Below, one piece after another: positions 37,486 through 49,902 of a stretch of 64,000 nucleotides of DNA. The position numbers and the translations under genes were made by a program. Within the stretch, counting starts at the first letter, position 1. Each line of letters opens with the position of its first letter. Source of the DNA: Selaginella moellendorffii (taxonomy: Eukaryota > Plantae > Lycopodiophyta). The notes below the pieces were generated by a model that saw nothing but the letters and a program-made list of their open reading frames with translations, did no database searches and was not told where the DNA came from. The stretch is taken from positions 190,738-254,737 of the forward strand of contig NW_003314383.1 of NCBI RefSeq assembly GCF_000143415.4, in the 5' to 3' direction.

Positions 37486-38271
37486 ATGGAAGAAGAGCAG
37501 TGGTACTGGAAGGCGCTCTGGCTGAACATCATCTTAGCTTTCTCCACCGCTGCGTCGCTGACGAGAATCACAGCACCATACGGTCGCCACACTCAAGCAG
37601 GAGCGTCTTCTTCCTTGGACGTCTGGGGGCCGAGCATGCCAGCCCGAGATGGATGGGTTCTCATGGAAAGCCCGGCTCTCTGGTTCACTCTCCTCGTCTT
37701 CTCGGCCGGGAAGCACGCCAGCGAAACCGTCCCGCTCGTCCTCCTCCGACTTTTCCAGCTCCACTACACGCACAGGGCTCTCATCTATCCGTTTCGCATG
37801 CGCTCAAGGGGCAAGACGATCTCCATCGCCATCGTCGCTCTCTCCTTCGTCTTCAACATCTACAACGGATATCTCCAGGCGCGGTGGCTGTCCGAGTTTG
37901 GAATTTATCCCGACACTTGGCTCCGGAGTCCGCAGTTCGTCTCTGGAAGCTTGCTCTTTGCGGCCGGGATGGTGACCAACGTCTGGGCCGACTCGGTTCT
38001 TATTTCCTTGCGCAAGCCCGGCGAGGAGCGAGGGGGATATAAGTTGCCACAGGGGTGGCTCTTCTCGCTCGTTGCATGCCCGAATTACTCCGGAGAGATC
38101 CTCGAGTGGCTCGGCTGGGCTCTTCTCACTTGGTCCCCCGCCGGCCTCGTCTTCTTCATCTTCACAGCCGCGAATCTCATCCCGCGAGCTGTGGCTCACC
38201 GCCGCTGGTATGTTTCAAAGTTTCCGGAGTTTCCAGCCTCTCGGCGAGCAGTGATCCCGTTCGTTCTCTAA
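37486..38271 (+). CDS. DET2: Steroid 5-alpha-reductase, intronless
   Basis: APYGRH, GWVLMESP, HYTHRALIYP, GGYKLPQGWLFSLVACPNYSGEILEWLGW, HRRWY..KF. Confidence 0.93.
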   Translation: MEEEQWYWKALWLNIILAFSTAASLTRITAPYGRHTQAGASSSLDVWGPSMPARDGWVLMESPALWFTLLVFSAGKHASETVPLVLLRLFQLHYTHRALIYPFRMRSRGKTISIAIVALSFVFNIYNGYLQARWLSEFGIYPDTWLRSPQFVSGSLLFAAGMVTNVWADSVLISLRKPGEERGGYKLPQGWLFSLVACPNYSGEILEWLGWALLTWSPAGLVFFIFTAANLIPRAVAHRRWYVSKFPEFPASRRAVIPFVL

Positions 38272-38737
38272 CAAACAAGAATTCGATTCTCCGCAACCAC
38301 AGGCAGGACAAACAGGGATGGAGATAGAGATGACAACGAAGAATCAAACAAAGTTTGAAGAATCGATCGAAGGCTTTACTAGTTATCGCTCACTGCTGTT
38401 GATTCAAAGTCATGGTCGCGACTTTAATGGCGATGGAGACTTTGCGATGAACATGGGACTTTAAATGGATCAACTGTCTTGATCAGGGAAGCATTTATGA
38501 TATAACTTTGGTACTTCTCTCTTTCTTCCTCACTCCCTCCAAGCTTTTGTTTTCTTTGTGTTTGTCGTTCGTTCCTCTCGAAAGATTTGTATTGTACATT
38601 GGTCTGGTTGGAGGAAGGAAAAGTTTTGGTTTCTCTCACTCTCTCGCTCTTTATTGTTCTCTCAAAGCATCCCTTTCTTCTGCTCGTAATTCTGGAGTGT
38701 GGCTTTGTTTCATAGCGACGAATACTGGATTTGGGAG

Positions 38738-39579
38738 CTAGTGATTTGTCGAGGAGTGTGCTCGCTGTACTCGAGGATGGCTGACGGGGCCAGAGCTCCA
38801 GTTGCTATGAGATGGACTGTGGAGAACAGTGGGAACGATTCTTCCCACTTTCGAGCTCGCAAAACTTCATAAACTTCTCTCGCGGTTGAAACTCCCTGGA
38901 AGCGAAGAAAAGGATGACAATTCTACGAGCTTCAAGCTTTCGTTGAGTTGTTTTTACCTGGAGTTTCTGACCCTGGAGAAGCTCGGTTTCCAAGTCGTCG
39001 AAGGAGCTGAAATGTCAAGGTAAGCTTCTTCTATTCTTTTCTTTTTTCTCTGCTTATGGAAAAACGTACCGCTTTCCTTTGTTCCTGGCGAATGCATCGG
39101 CCACTCTTCTGTTGCGACCTCCAACTGGACAAGCACAAAAGTCACGAGAAGATTAAAACCGGCTAAAACAAGATTACGATGGAGAAAAAACGATGGAAAA
39201 CTTACGGCATGTTGTGATAAGGTCGGCAACGCCGCAGCTCTCGAAGAAGGTGGTGTCTCGAACCGAGGGAAACAGCAGCTTTGAGAAGAATCGCATCTCT
39301 TTCAGCCCGATTCGCATGATTGCGGCCTGCAAGAATTTCCAATACAAGAGAAAACGTGGGGAATATATTCATGGCAAGAACGCAGTCACCTTTGTGTTGT
39401 TGCCCATGTCCAAGCCATCCACCAGACCTGCGGTTACATCAAAGAGTATAACTTTAATATATGCGAAAGAGTGAATAGCTTTACCAGCGGCAACAGCAAC
39501 GACGTTTTTCAGTGTTCCACACAACTCCACGCCTTCCACATCTTGTACCTGTAAGTAGGATCAAAACAGGAAAGCTTGT

Positions 39580-39620
<41 letters not shown>

Positions 39621-40736
39621 AAAAAAAAAGGATTATGAAAACACTCACAGGAGTCACCAGGAAATAAGGCCTGCGAAAAATTCGCACCCATTTATCTGCA
39701 GCTCGCTTATCATGCCTGAAGCCAACAGTTGCTTCGCTAAACTTCTCCACGGCTACCTGGCGAGTTCTCTCATGTTTGAGACAGAGGGTTCACCAAACTT
39801 TGAAAGATTCTACCTCGTTGGCAATATTTGCACCCATGAGAACAGCGCAGTCAATTCCAAGAAGCTCCGTGATCAAGTTGGAGATCATGCATGGCCCGTC
39901 TTTCTTGACCTGGATGAGAAAAAAACGAAGAAAAAGCCAAAGAAAAAGGATTTTGTAAGAAAGAGCTAAGAGCTAGTCTAGAAGTGAAACACAGCTAGTT
40001 AGTCTATAGAAAAGAGAAAATAGTACCTCCATTCCTTTTATCAGCGAGATGGCAATAGCATTCTGGCGTATGTTTCCTTTCAATCTATTGCAAATTCCCT
40101 CGATAAACTGGTGAGGAGTTACGAACACCAACATCGTTGCATCAGCCACTGTTTTGTTTCTTGGTTAGAACATATTTCCTTTAGAACACACGAGAAAACG
40201 AAAAAAGGAGAGGAGCATCGCTTACCAGCATTCAAAAGGTCTGGCACTGCAACTACATTGGATCCAAGCTTAACTCCAGGCAAGTATTTCACATTTTCCT
40301 GCAAAGACCAATGGTTTTCCATAGCTTTCTCGTTGAAAGAAAGAAAGAACACGACTTCCTATGAACGAACCTTTTCCCTGTTGATAACCTGCGAAAGCTT
40401 CTCCCCGCTTGGAAGAGTTTCTTCGTAGACCCACATCCTCACCTCATCTAAAGCACAAAAACTCTAAGAAAGAAAGTTCTAAAGAGGGACTCGATCGATC
40501 GATACTTTACCATCGAAGAGATCAGAGCAGCAAGTGTTGGAAGCGATGAGCTTGGCCGCAACGCTCCCCCAATTCCCACTCCCAATCACCGCAACCCGAT
40601 CTCTCGCAGCAGTAGCGATGGACTCCGAGGACGCGGAGGTAGCATCATCCTCCACCACGGCAGCAGCAGCATCGAGCGGCGTGATCTTCTGGATCTCTGG
40701 CGAGGACGGTGCCACCTCCAATCCGGGAGGCGCCAT
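38738..40736 (-). CDS. NAD+-dependent glycerol-3-phosphate dehydrogenase (GPD1-type), multi-exon
   Basis: VIGSGNWGS, ENVKYLPG, VTPHQF, ISLIKG, LMGANIANE, CGTLKNVVA, VADLITTC, LQGQKLQ, FPLFSTVH. Confidence 0.93.
39587..39617. repeat. (AG)n microsatellite in GPDH intron
   Basis: Direct read. Confidence 0.9.
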
Positions 40737-41390
40737 GGTAGGATCTAGAGATGGAGAAGAGAGGCAAGAAAGGGGGTTAAAATAAAAGGCTTGAATCTCG
40801 AGAGGAAGAAGCCATGGCCACACTTACTCGCAGCACAGTGGAGGGTGGTGGTGGCGATACCCCTGGTGGCGGGAGATTGTCCGCTTGTGCCATGCAATGC
40901 ATGCCACCCTCCGCCCACGGCCCGCCATTCATATATTTCCCACTCCAAGGAACGGCTCAAAAGGTCTTTTCCATATTCACTTAATTAGTGCTAACTTTTA
41001 ATTATAAATTTTATATGCTCAATGGTCTTTTATTTTGATCATAAAAAAGATAGCGATATCGCGTTCTTTGAACATCACTGGAGTGAAAGAACGTGAAGTT
41101 TACACGGAAAAGAAAAAAAAACAGGAAAAAGAAATAATAAGCAACCTGTCACCAATGGCTATAACCCGGAGACCTCTTTCCAGAGGTGATGGGATTACGA
41201 ACGTTCCTGTTTGATTGGCACGTTATTTATGAGATACATTCCAATAGCGACGTACCAAAACCTTTGGAACAACCTCTCATCCTCGATGGAAAGTTTTGCT
41301 ATACACGGAACAAGAGAAACAAGCTTGGAAAAACTTACAAGTCACAGCAAGGCCGAAGCTTTGGATTTGCAGAGCCACATCACTGCGTGC

Positions 41391-42070
41391 TCAACGCAAA
41401 TCATTGCAGCTTCGGCATGCACCGACTGATCCGGCCTTCGTCGTCAGCTGCTCCAGAACTGGAGAGTTCTTGATTCCCCTGAGCAGTTCCCCCGGCTCCA
41501 ATGGCGCCACAATGAGTGCCGCAACGTGATCCATGGGCTTAGCTGGGTCAAAGTCCAGTCGCTTACAATTCCTAAAGTCATAGTGGGACGTATTCCACTT
41601 CACGGTAGGCTTGAACAACGGCGTTCATCAACTGCTGCGAGTGACAATTGCCTCCTACCAAAAACTCGGCTGGCAGTCACCAGATCCTAAAAGAAATTTG
41701 AGTATATGTGCTGGAAACAAGGAAAGCATTACCTCTTTCAGGAAATATAGTCCGTCAAGCACACTCGCTTCAAGAGTCCCCAGATCGCCTGGAGAGCGAC
41801 CAGGAGGTCCAAGTCCACCTCCTTGACACTGCCCAGCTACCTCAAGATGCAGCGCTGCTTCTCGAGTGTGCTGGAGAAGAGATCCCCCACGTAGAGGATG
41901 CGATCCACGACACCGATATCAGTGAGAGTGAAGCTCCCAGACCCATAAACGTTTCTGAGACATTTGTGCTCTCTACATTCCGCGACCACCTCGCGGGCCA
42001 AATCCTTGCAGCACCTCGCAAGTTTGTCATCCCTGGAGCGCAGCGCCTCCTTGCAACTTTGAGCATCTTA
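41391..42070 (-). pseudogene. Coding-like relic of unknown family
   Basis: Frame AQSCKEALRSRDDKLARCCKDLAREVVAEC...ILR*LGSVKEVDL..DYIS* with internal stops and an apparent intron. Confidence 0.3.
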
Positions 42071-42109
42071 TGCTTCATTATATTGATATAATTGATATAT
42101 ATTGTATTA

Positions 42110-43819
42110 ATGGAAAATAAGAACCTTGGCTTACAAGAATGTGTGCAACTGGTGAAATCTTGCAAGACTGTACACGAAGAAGCTGAGCGAGTCTATCTAA
42201 CAGTGCGTAACTCCGGCCATCTCTCCAGTCCCGATGGGACGTTTCTCTCCAATTTGTTGCTCCATATGTTTGTGAGCTGCGGGAGCCTCCAGCGTGCCCA
42301 CCACATCTTTGACACCACGCATCCAAAGACTGCTTTCACTTGGGTCCTCTTGATCAATGGCTATGCGCGAAGTGGACGCGTCGACAGCGCGAAAGAGCTC
42401 TTTGATCGGATCCCTCACAGAAACCTTGTGGCTTGGAATTCGATGCTCTCCGCATATGCCCAAAACGGGTATGTTAGAGATGCCACGGAGATATTCCACC
42501 AGATGCCCGAGTGGAGTGTCATCCCGTGGACTGAAATCCTAGCTGCGTTTTCCCGAGACGGGAACACCCGCGAAGCCAGGTATTGGTTTGAAATTGCTGT
42601 GGAGAGAGACATTGTTTGCTGGAACGCGCTTCTTTCAGCATTTGCCTTGAAAGGACAACTTGAAGAGGCCAAACGAGTGTTTTACGCCATGCCACAGTGG
42701 AACTATTTCTCCTGGAATTTGATGCTCAGTGCGTACGTGAAGAACAATCTTATTCATGATGCACTGGAGCTTTTCCTTCGTTTGGATGAGCAAGACACTG
42801 TCACTAGAAACACCATGCTTTCAGGATTTGGACAAAGTGGCGATATTGATCGAGCTAAGAAACTGTTTGATCAAATGCCCGAGTGGAGTTTAGTGTCGTG
42901 GAATTCCATGCTCGCTGCTTATGCCCACGTTGGAGATTTGAGCTCCACTTTAAAAGTGTTTGAAACTATGAACTGTCGAGATCTCTTTTCATGGACTACA
43001 CTTCTGGCTGCGTGGTCACAAACCTGGAACTTGGAAGAATCTAAGAAGATCTTTGACGCCATGCCCGAAAGAAACTTGGTCTCTTGGAATACACTCTTGT
43101 ACGCGTATGCCCATTTTGGGCATATCTATGAAATGGAGGCTTTCCTGAGCGAAATGCCAGAAAAATCTTTAGTTTCATGGAACATTCTTCTTGCTGGTTA
43201 CGGCCAGCGCAAGGAATTCAAAGCTGCCAGCAGCGTTTTTAACAACATGGTCCAAAGAGATAGCATCTCATGGAATCAGATGCTAGGAGCATTTGCACAA
43301 AAAGGATATCTACTTGAGGCTGTCCGGTTTCTAGATCGGATGCCCAAACTGGGCATGGCTTCTTGGAACACTTTGTTGGTAGCATTTGCACACAATGGCC
43401 ACCACTGCACTGCTTTAGATCTCTTCTCCGTTATGCTTCTAAATGGTTTTGAAGTGGATGAGATTTCTCTCATTTGCGTGCTAATTGCATGTAGTCGTGC
43501 CGGACGTTCCCAAAGAGCAAGAGTGTTCTTCCACTCGATCCAAACGGACTTTTGCTTTGCTCTAACGAGGCAGATCTTCAGCTGCATGGTTGATCTTCTT
43601 GGACGAGCTGGGCGCTTGAGAGACGCCGAGGATCTCGTCCAGCATATGCCTTTCCAGCCTGAAGTCACCGATTGGAGATGCATTCTAAGTGCTTGTAAAA
43701 GCCACAAGGACGATCAGTCGACAGCTCGAGCCGTAGAGAGAGTTCTTGGATTAGATCCTGTCAATAATGCCGCGTTTGTGCTCCTCTCAAATTCAAAGAT
43801 AAGAGAAAATCTCTGTTAA
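42110..43819 (+). CDS. PLS-class pentatricopeptide repeat protein with truncated E domain, no DYW
   Basis: Repeated VSWNSML.AY / A..FD.MP motifs, CMVDLLGRAGRL.DAE, WRCILSACKSH. Intronless. Confidence 0.93.
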   Translation: MENKNLGLQECVQLVKSCKTVHEEAERVYLTVRNSGHLSSPDGTFLSNLLLHMFVSCGSLQRAHHIFDTTHPKTAFTWVLLINGYARSGRVDSAKELFDRIPHRNLVAWNSMLSAYAQNGYVRDATEIFHQMPEWSVIPWTEILAAFSRDGNTREARYWFEIAVERDIVCWNALLSAFALKGQLEEAKRVFYAMPQWNYFSWNLMLSAYVKNNLIHDALELFLRLDEQDTVTRNTMLSGFGQSGDIDRAKKLFDQMPEWSLVSWNSMLAAYAHVGDLSSTLKVFETMNCRDLFSWTTLLAAWSQTWNLEESKKIFDAMPERNLVSWNTLLYAYAHFGHIYEMEAFLSEMPEKSLVSWNILLAGYGQRKEFKAASSVFNNMVQRDSISWNQMLGAFAQKGYLLEAVRFLDRMPKLGMASWNTLLVAFAHNGHHCTALDLFSVMLLNGFEVDEISLICVLIACSRAGRSQRARVFFHSIQTDFCFALTRQIFSCMVDLLGRAGRLRDAEDLVQHMPFQPEVTDWRCILSACKSHKDDQSTARAVERVLGLDPVNNAAFVLLSNSKIRENLC

Positions 43820-43948
43820 ATCAAACTCCCTAGTTTTAGGATCACCAACTTTGATCCGCTAGCCTCATGTCATAGGCACTCGTTTCTAGTATTTAACATT
43901 GTTTCTAGAGCTTCTTTTCCTATCTCTCAATATAACCTTCCATTCTCT

Positions 43949-44819
43949 ATGGCTCACACTTTTCTCTTTGCTATTTCTCTCTTTGCTGTTCTTGCTAGCG
44001 TTGTTCTAGCTACCAACACCAACACCTCATGTTTCCCAGGTAAGAATCTACAAGCGATTTTACAGCCAATCACAGGCTTTATGTTTGCAAGGCGATGCCA
44101 CCGTCCAAATGTATAACGGCGACCTCAAACTCATGAGAGATCTCGAAGTTGGAGACAAGGTATTCTATTGCTCTTAAGTTTCTCGAAAGCCCATCTAAAC
44201 GTTCCAGATCTACAGGTTGCAGTGAGCAAAAACGTGTTCTCCGATGTCTATGCATTCGGCCACAAGGACGCCGATGTGATCTCCGAGTTCATCCAGGTCC
44301 ACACCGCCTCAGACATGATCGAGCTTAGCGAGGGCCACTTCATCCCAGTCGACGCCAAGGGAAAGCTTGTGTACAAGCGAGCCAAGGATCTCCAGGTTGG
44401 AGAAACTCTCTGGGGATCATCTCAAATCACTGGTAACATCATACTTCTTTTGAGACTTTGCTCTTACTTTGACAACTATAGAACTTTCCAAGGTGGAGAA
44501 GCTGGGCCTCTACAACCCATTCACTCTCTCCGGCAACATCATGGTTAACAACGTGGAGGCTTCCTCTCACAGCGAGTGGTTCCTGGACTCCCTCTTTGAT
44601 GCCATTGGCGCAACTGAGTACCTCCCATATGCATACCAGGCCGTGCTCGCTCCACTTCGTGCCATCTACAACATCGTCGGGAAGGAAATCTATGGAAAGG
44701 GTTATGCTGCCGTCAATTCTTGTGTCAACGTTGCTGAATTTGGAATGAAGCACGGAGGAAGCATCGCTCTTGCTGTTGGAATCGCTGGAGTTGCAACAGC
44801 AATGCTGACGAAGGCTTGA
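43949..44819 (+). CDS. Secreted Hedgehog-type Hint (Hog) autoprocessing protein, 237 aa, 4 exons
   Basis: Exons 43949-44039, 44092-44159, 44216-44432, 44482-44819. Signal peptide, S-CFPGDATV, MRDLEVGDKV, IELSEGH, AKDLQVGE, GLYNPFTLSGNIMVNNVEAS, AVLAPLRAIY. Confidence 0.88.
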
Positions 44820-44899
44820 TGAAAAACCAGAAGTAGAATAAATAACATCTTTTATGCTTTGATTATTCCCCTTCTTTATTTATATCCAACTCTATTCTG

Positions 44900-45560
44900 A
44901 ATGGTTTATTATTTGTTTAGTGGATATACCTAAAATATACTTGGATATTTTAGAATTTTTTACCATCAAATGGTTATTATTCCTTTAGAATAATCTAGTG
45001 TTTATAATTTATGATTATAGCATATTCTAGCTTATTTAGCTTTTATACCATTAGGTTAAACTTATTTTTATTAAAAACATGATGGTATGTGGTTATGCTC
45101 CAACTACTCTGTTTAGGAAAAACATTTTCTTGTAATACATAAATCATAATAATTTGCTATAATACAAACTAAGCAAACATGCAATATGGTCACAGTTTAT
45201 TATTATTTATCAACCAAGGCTTGATGAACCATAAGTAAAATAAAATCTAAATTTCACAAAATGGAAAAAAAAAAAAGAAAACTGTATTCCATTATTTTGA
45301 TTATTCCCCTTCTTTGTTTATATCTAACTCCCGATTTTATATTCTAAATGGTTCATTTCTGGTTTTCTTAAGCAAACATCTTGGTAGTAAATATACTTAG
45401 AATATAGTTGAATATTCTATAATAGTTTACAGTTTAAAAGTTAATATTTATTTATAATAATATCGTCATTAAATTTAAACATGATTATAAATTATAAAAT
45501 TTTCCTAAACACCTTCTAGGTCTAACTTTTATGCCATTATATTAATCTTGTGTTTATTAA
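44900..45560. repeat. Dispersed AT-rich repeat copies
   Basis: Similar to 19830-20090 (inverted). Internal duplication 44860-44905 / 45295-45350. Confidence 0.5.
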
Positions 45561-45795
45561 AAATATTCTTAAACACAACAATTTGTTATTTGTTCTAAAA
45601 CCACTTTTATAATGCTTTTGTATTATTAATATTAGTATATTTAAATATAAATATAAGTTGGCCTTTACATAAGTATATTTTAAATAATTAATTTAATATA
45701 TTTTAAATAATATATTAAATTAAGTGATTAGTTTCAAAATTTGCAAGATTAGTTCCATGAATATAATGAAAAATAAAATAAAATAAATATAGTAT

Positions 45796-46380
45796 TGTGA
45801 GGTACAGCTATAGATGTGAGGTCCAAATGTATAGCTATAAATACAAGGTCTAGATATATGGCTATAATATTATATATTAATATTATTATAGTATGGTTTT
45901 AATAGCCATCATATTAATTTCAATTTGGACCACTTGGTTTTTTATATAAACTAAAGTTTTTAGGCTAATTGGATATACATGTTTTTATATTCCATACACT
46001 CATATTAATGGAGTTGAAGGGTAATCTTGATTGTCCTTAAGGAGTGCTTAAATTTATATTTTTGGTTTAGATCATTGATTTAATCATTTTACAATGATTC
46101 CCAATTATCATTCTTGAGATGATAACTACTGTTTATGTGAGTTCCCCACATATCTTCAAAAGAAAGTATTATAATGGTACAATGGTTTGAGTATAACTTC
46201 TCATGTGAATTAAAGCCTCCTCTCAAACATCTTTAAGCATTCATTTAGAAATGCTAACAATTATGACAACACCTTTCAAAGTCAATTATGCAATTTAGTG
46301 TTTGTGTCCAAAGCCTCTTACTTTATGCAGAGCTTATATAAACAAAAATCAGAAATGTTTTCAGTAATGCTTGATTTGTT
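45796..46380 (+). mobile_element. Deleted relic of Gypsy family A (LTR, PBS, gag fragment)
   Basis: TGTGAGGTCCAAATGTATAG LTR start. 46130-46330 is similar to 53030-53260 (TGGTACAATGGTTTGAG). Confidence 0.65.
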
Positions 46381-46929
46381 TAATAGTAGTGCTTATTATT
46401 TATTAATCATACTGATCAATAGAAATTTTATAATTATAAACATGTTTATCATTTCTAAACATGAGATTAAACTTATTACACATTAACCATTAAATGTTCT
46501 AAAGGTAAATGATAGAATATCTTAGAATATCTAAGCATATTTTACCAAACCTAAATGGACATGTGTCAAATATCTGTATTATCTCACTCGAGCAAATGAT
46601 AAGCCAAGTTGTGCCAACTTTCTATTAGCCAAACAAACATCCACACAAGTTTTACTGAAACCATGCAAATTGAACCTACCCAAGGCCTATAATGGTTGTG
46701 AGCCTTCAGCCATTATTACTTTATTGTTGTAAATAGAATTGTAACAAAAAGAGTGTAAAGAATAAATGACATTTCTATGTTGTACTTATTGATCTACATA
46801 TAGGAGGAGCTTGAACTAAGACATGTCTCATTTTATAGCTATTAAAAATTAAATATAATGCTTAATTTAAATGTATACTAATCATTAAATTATAAAATAT
46901 ATTAAAATATCCAAGAATATACTGATTTT

Positions 46930-48664
46930 TTAACACCATATCACATTACCATTCAAATCTAACAATTTTGTGGAGATGTTTTTCATATCTCCAATAACTT
47001 TTGATAGTGCATAAGCAGCAAAGAAATATCTAACTTCCAACCAATTTTCAGGTTCTGGACATATCACATTTAGATCATCACTGAAGTTAAACCCAATTTT
47101 TGCTATAAAATGTCGATTCCTAAACATAAATATTTAGATACTAAAATATAAAAATAAAAACTCACAACGAATGATGATGAAAAATTGCCAAATAATCATC
47201 CAATCCAGCCACCCTTGAACCTGTAGAAAACATTTTAAAAAATTATTTAAAAAAATATAAAAGTTATTTACTGACCTAACTCAGAATACTTAAGGCTCAT
47301 CCCAAGCGCTATAGGTCTTATTTGTTGAAGTTCAAATTCAGTAGTTTTAAGAATCCTAGCTGTTTGTAAAGCTTCCAGCACTTCCTAAACATAATAAAAG
47401 AATAAAATTAAAAAATTCAAGTGATATAATATAATACCATGATAGGAATGTTGTACATTGATTTCCTACTTTGGATGAACGTAGACAGTTTAGTCCCAGG
47501 GTCCTTTCCTAAATGCTGCTCTGAAAGTACAAAAACATTTTAGATTAAAAGCTAAAAATATTTTCTTGCCGAGAAAGATCCTAAACATCGCCTGTGTTGC
47601 CCATCTCATCACGTTGTTAGCTACAATTTGGGTTTTCACAACGCATCATTGCAAGGCCGCCACACTTGGTTTTTGAGCACGGAATGTATTTTGCATATGG
47701 AATTAAACGTCACGAGTAATAAGGAAGAATGATTTACTTGCGACTTGAGCAACATCATCTCTGTTATTCCCTCTGAATGCATTATGTCACATACGGCCGC
47801 GTCCTTGGCCACCCTGCCCTGGACACCAAGCTTGTCCCAAAGACGATTGTCAAAGACTGCCTTGGCAGGGACAAGCTTGGTGCCAGCCACACACGGCAGC
47901 ACGTCGCGTAGAGCATCTTCGGCGAAAAAGAGGCCCATCTTTCTATTGATGCCAATACCGCGGAGATCCACCACGACGCACTTTCTGATCCCGATCGCGT
48001 CCACAGCGTTCAGCTCCTTGACAGGATCCTCTCCACGGTCATGAGACGCCTGGACGAACTTCCTGGCCGACAGTGTCATGGGGAAGTCGTCGTAGTTGAC
48101 GACCCAGTCCAGAGAGCCATACTGCAATGCCTTGGTGGGAACCGCGAGAAGGATGTAGCCAGTGGAGACCCGATTCTGCCAGATGGATTCTTTATAGACG
48201 AGGACTTGTTTAGCATCAAGCTCTTCTAAAGTTCCATCGATCACGAATTCCGCTGGAGGACCCCGACACCGCAGGCCGAGCTCGATCGTGGAAATGCAGC
48301 CCACGGCTTCGATGCTCCTGATCTGGCATGGCTCCAGCGGCGTCATTGAAGGCTCCATTTCGTTGTCGTATAAGTAGGCTGGAATGCTCCAAGGCGCTCC
48401 CCAGTAAAGGGCATTTGCATGTGTACGACGCTGCTTGGGGCAGATGTTTCCATGAGCGTAGCTCAGGTGATCAAGCAACGTCGTGTCGGGGCAGCCGCAT
48501 GCAGTCAACTGCCGGTTGTAGCAGATATCGCAGAAGAGGAACAAGGAGGTGGTGGTGTTATCATAGACGAGCTTGAGAGGAGGAGCAGGAGCACGAGGCC
48601 GAGCTCGAGCCCGAGCTAGAGTTTCCGCGAGCGTGCTGCATCCGCAGGCAACTCCTGCGTCCAC
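46930..48664 (-). CDS. Uncharacterised protein or pseudogene; 342-aa ORF plus probable downstream exons
   Basis: Long GC-rich ORF 47636-48664 with CDIC..HLSYAH Zn-finger-like motif, exon-like blocks to 46930. No clear ATG. Confidence 0.45.
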
Positions 48665-49047
48665 AAGCTAAATGTTAGCTTGGCTCTTGCGCTCTTCTAC
48701 TCACTCAGCTCCAAAAAGCCGCCGCCAGAACATGCCGCCCAACCAGGAGCAAGAGTTTATCCGCGAGTGTGCTGGGCAGATCCACCGCGCTCACACCACC
48801 CTAGACACTTTTAGGGCAAGGTTCTTAGAATATTCCTTGAAACTCCATAACTCGCATTATTTTGCTTAATGAACATTTAATTTCTTTCGTGAGAGCTTTC
48901 TTGTCAATGAATAATTCTTGCTATCAAAGTTTTAGGATCAACTTGATCAGTTAGCCTTATGTCATAGGCACTCAGTTTCTAGGATTTAACATCGCTTCTA
49001 GAGCTTCTTTTCCTATCTTTCTAGGCTTTCATAGTGTAGAGTTCTCT

Positions 49048-49902
49048 ATGGCTCACACTTTTTTCTTTGCTACTTCTCTCTTCGCTGTTCTTGCTAGCGT
49101 TGTTCTAGCGACCAACACCTCATGTTTCCCAGGTAAGAATCTGCAAGCGATTTTACAGCCAATCACAGGCTTTATGTTTGCAAAGGCGATGCCACCGTCC
49201 AAATGTATAACGGCGACCTCAAACTCATGAGAGATCTCGAAGTTGGAGACAAGGTATTGTATTGCTCTTAAGTTTCTCGAAAGCCCATCTAAACGTTCCA
49301 GATCTACAGGTTGCAGTGAGCAAAAACGTGTTCTCCGATGTCTATGCATTCGGCCACAAGGACGCTGATGTGAGCTCCGAGTTCATCCAGGTCCACACCG
49401 CCTCAGACATGATCGAGCTTAGCAAGGGCCACTTCATCCCAGTCGACGCCAAGGGAAAGCTTGTGTACAAGGGAGCCAAGGATCTCCAGGTTGGAGAAAC
49501 TCTCTGGGGATCATCTGAAATCACTGGTAGCATCATACTTCTTTTGAGACATTGCTCTTACTTTGACAACTATAGAACTTTCCAAGGTGGAGAAGCTGGG
49601 CCTCTACAACCCATTCACTCTCTCCGGCAACATCATGGTTAACAACGTGGACACAGCGAGTGGTTCCTGGACTCTCTCTTTGATGCCATTGGCGCAACTG
49701 AGTACCTCCCATATGCATACCAGGCCGTGCTCGCTCCACTTCGCGCCACAACATCGTCGGGAAGGAAATCTATGGAAAGGGTTATGCTGCCGTCAATTCT
49801 TGTGTCAACATTGCTGAATTTGGAATTAAGCACGGAGGAAGCATCGCTCTTGCTGTTGGAATCGCTGGAGTTGCAACAGCAATGCTGACCACGAAGGCTT
49901 GA
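49048..49902 (+). pseudogene. Second Hint (Hog) gene copy, frameshifted in last exon
   Basis: Near-identical to 43949-44819 including introns. 10-nt deletion at about 49651 and 4-nt deletion at about 49748. Confidence 0.85.

Noticed and set aside
43949-44819. True intein or true Hedgehog ligand
   Set aside because: No C-terminal His-Asn splice junction, no endonuclease, and no Hedge N-terminal domain.
37486-44819. Sterol gene cluster linking DET2 and the Hint gene
   Set aside because: Separated by unrelated GPDH and PPR genes; proximity alone is no evidence.
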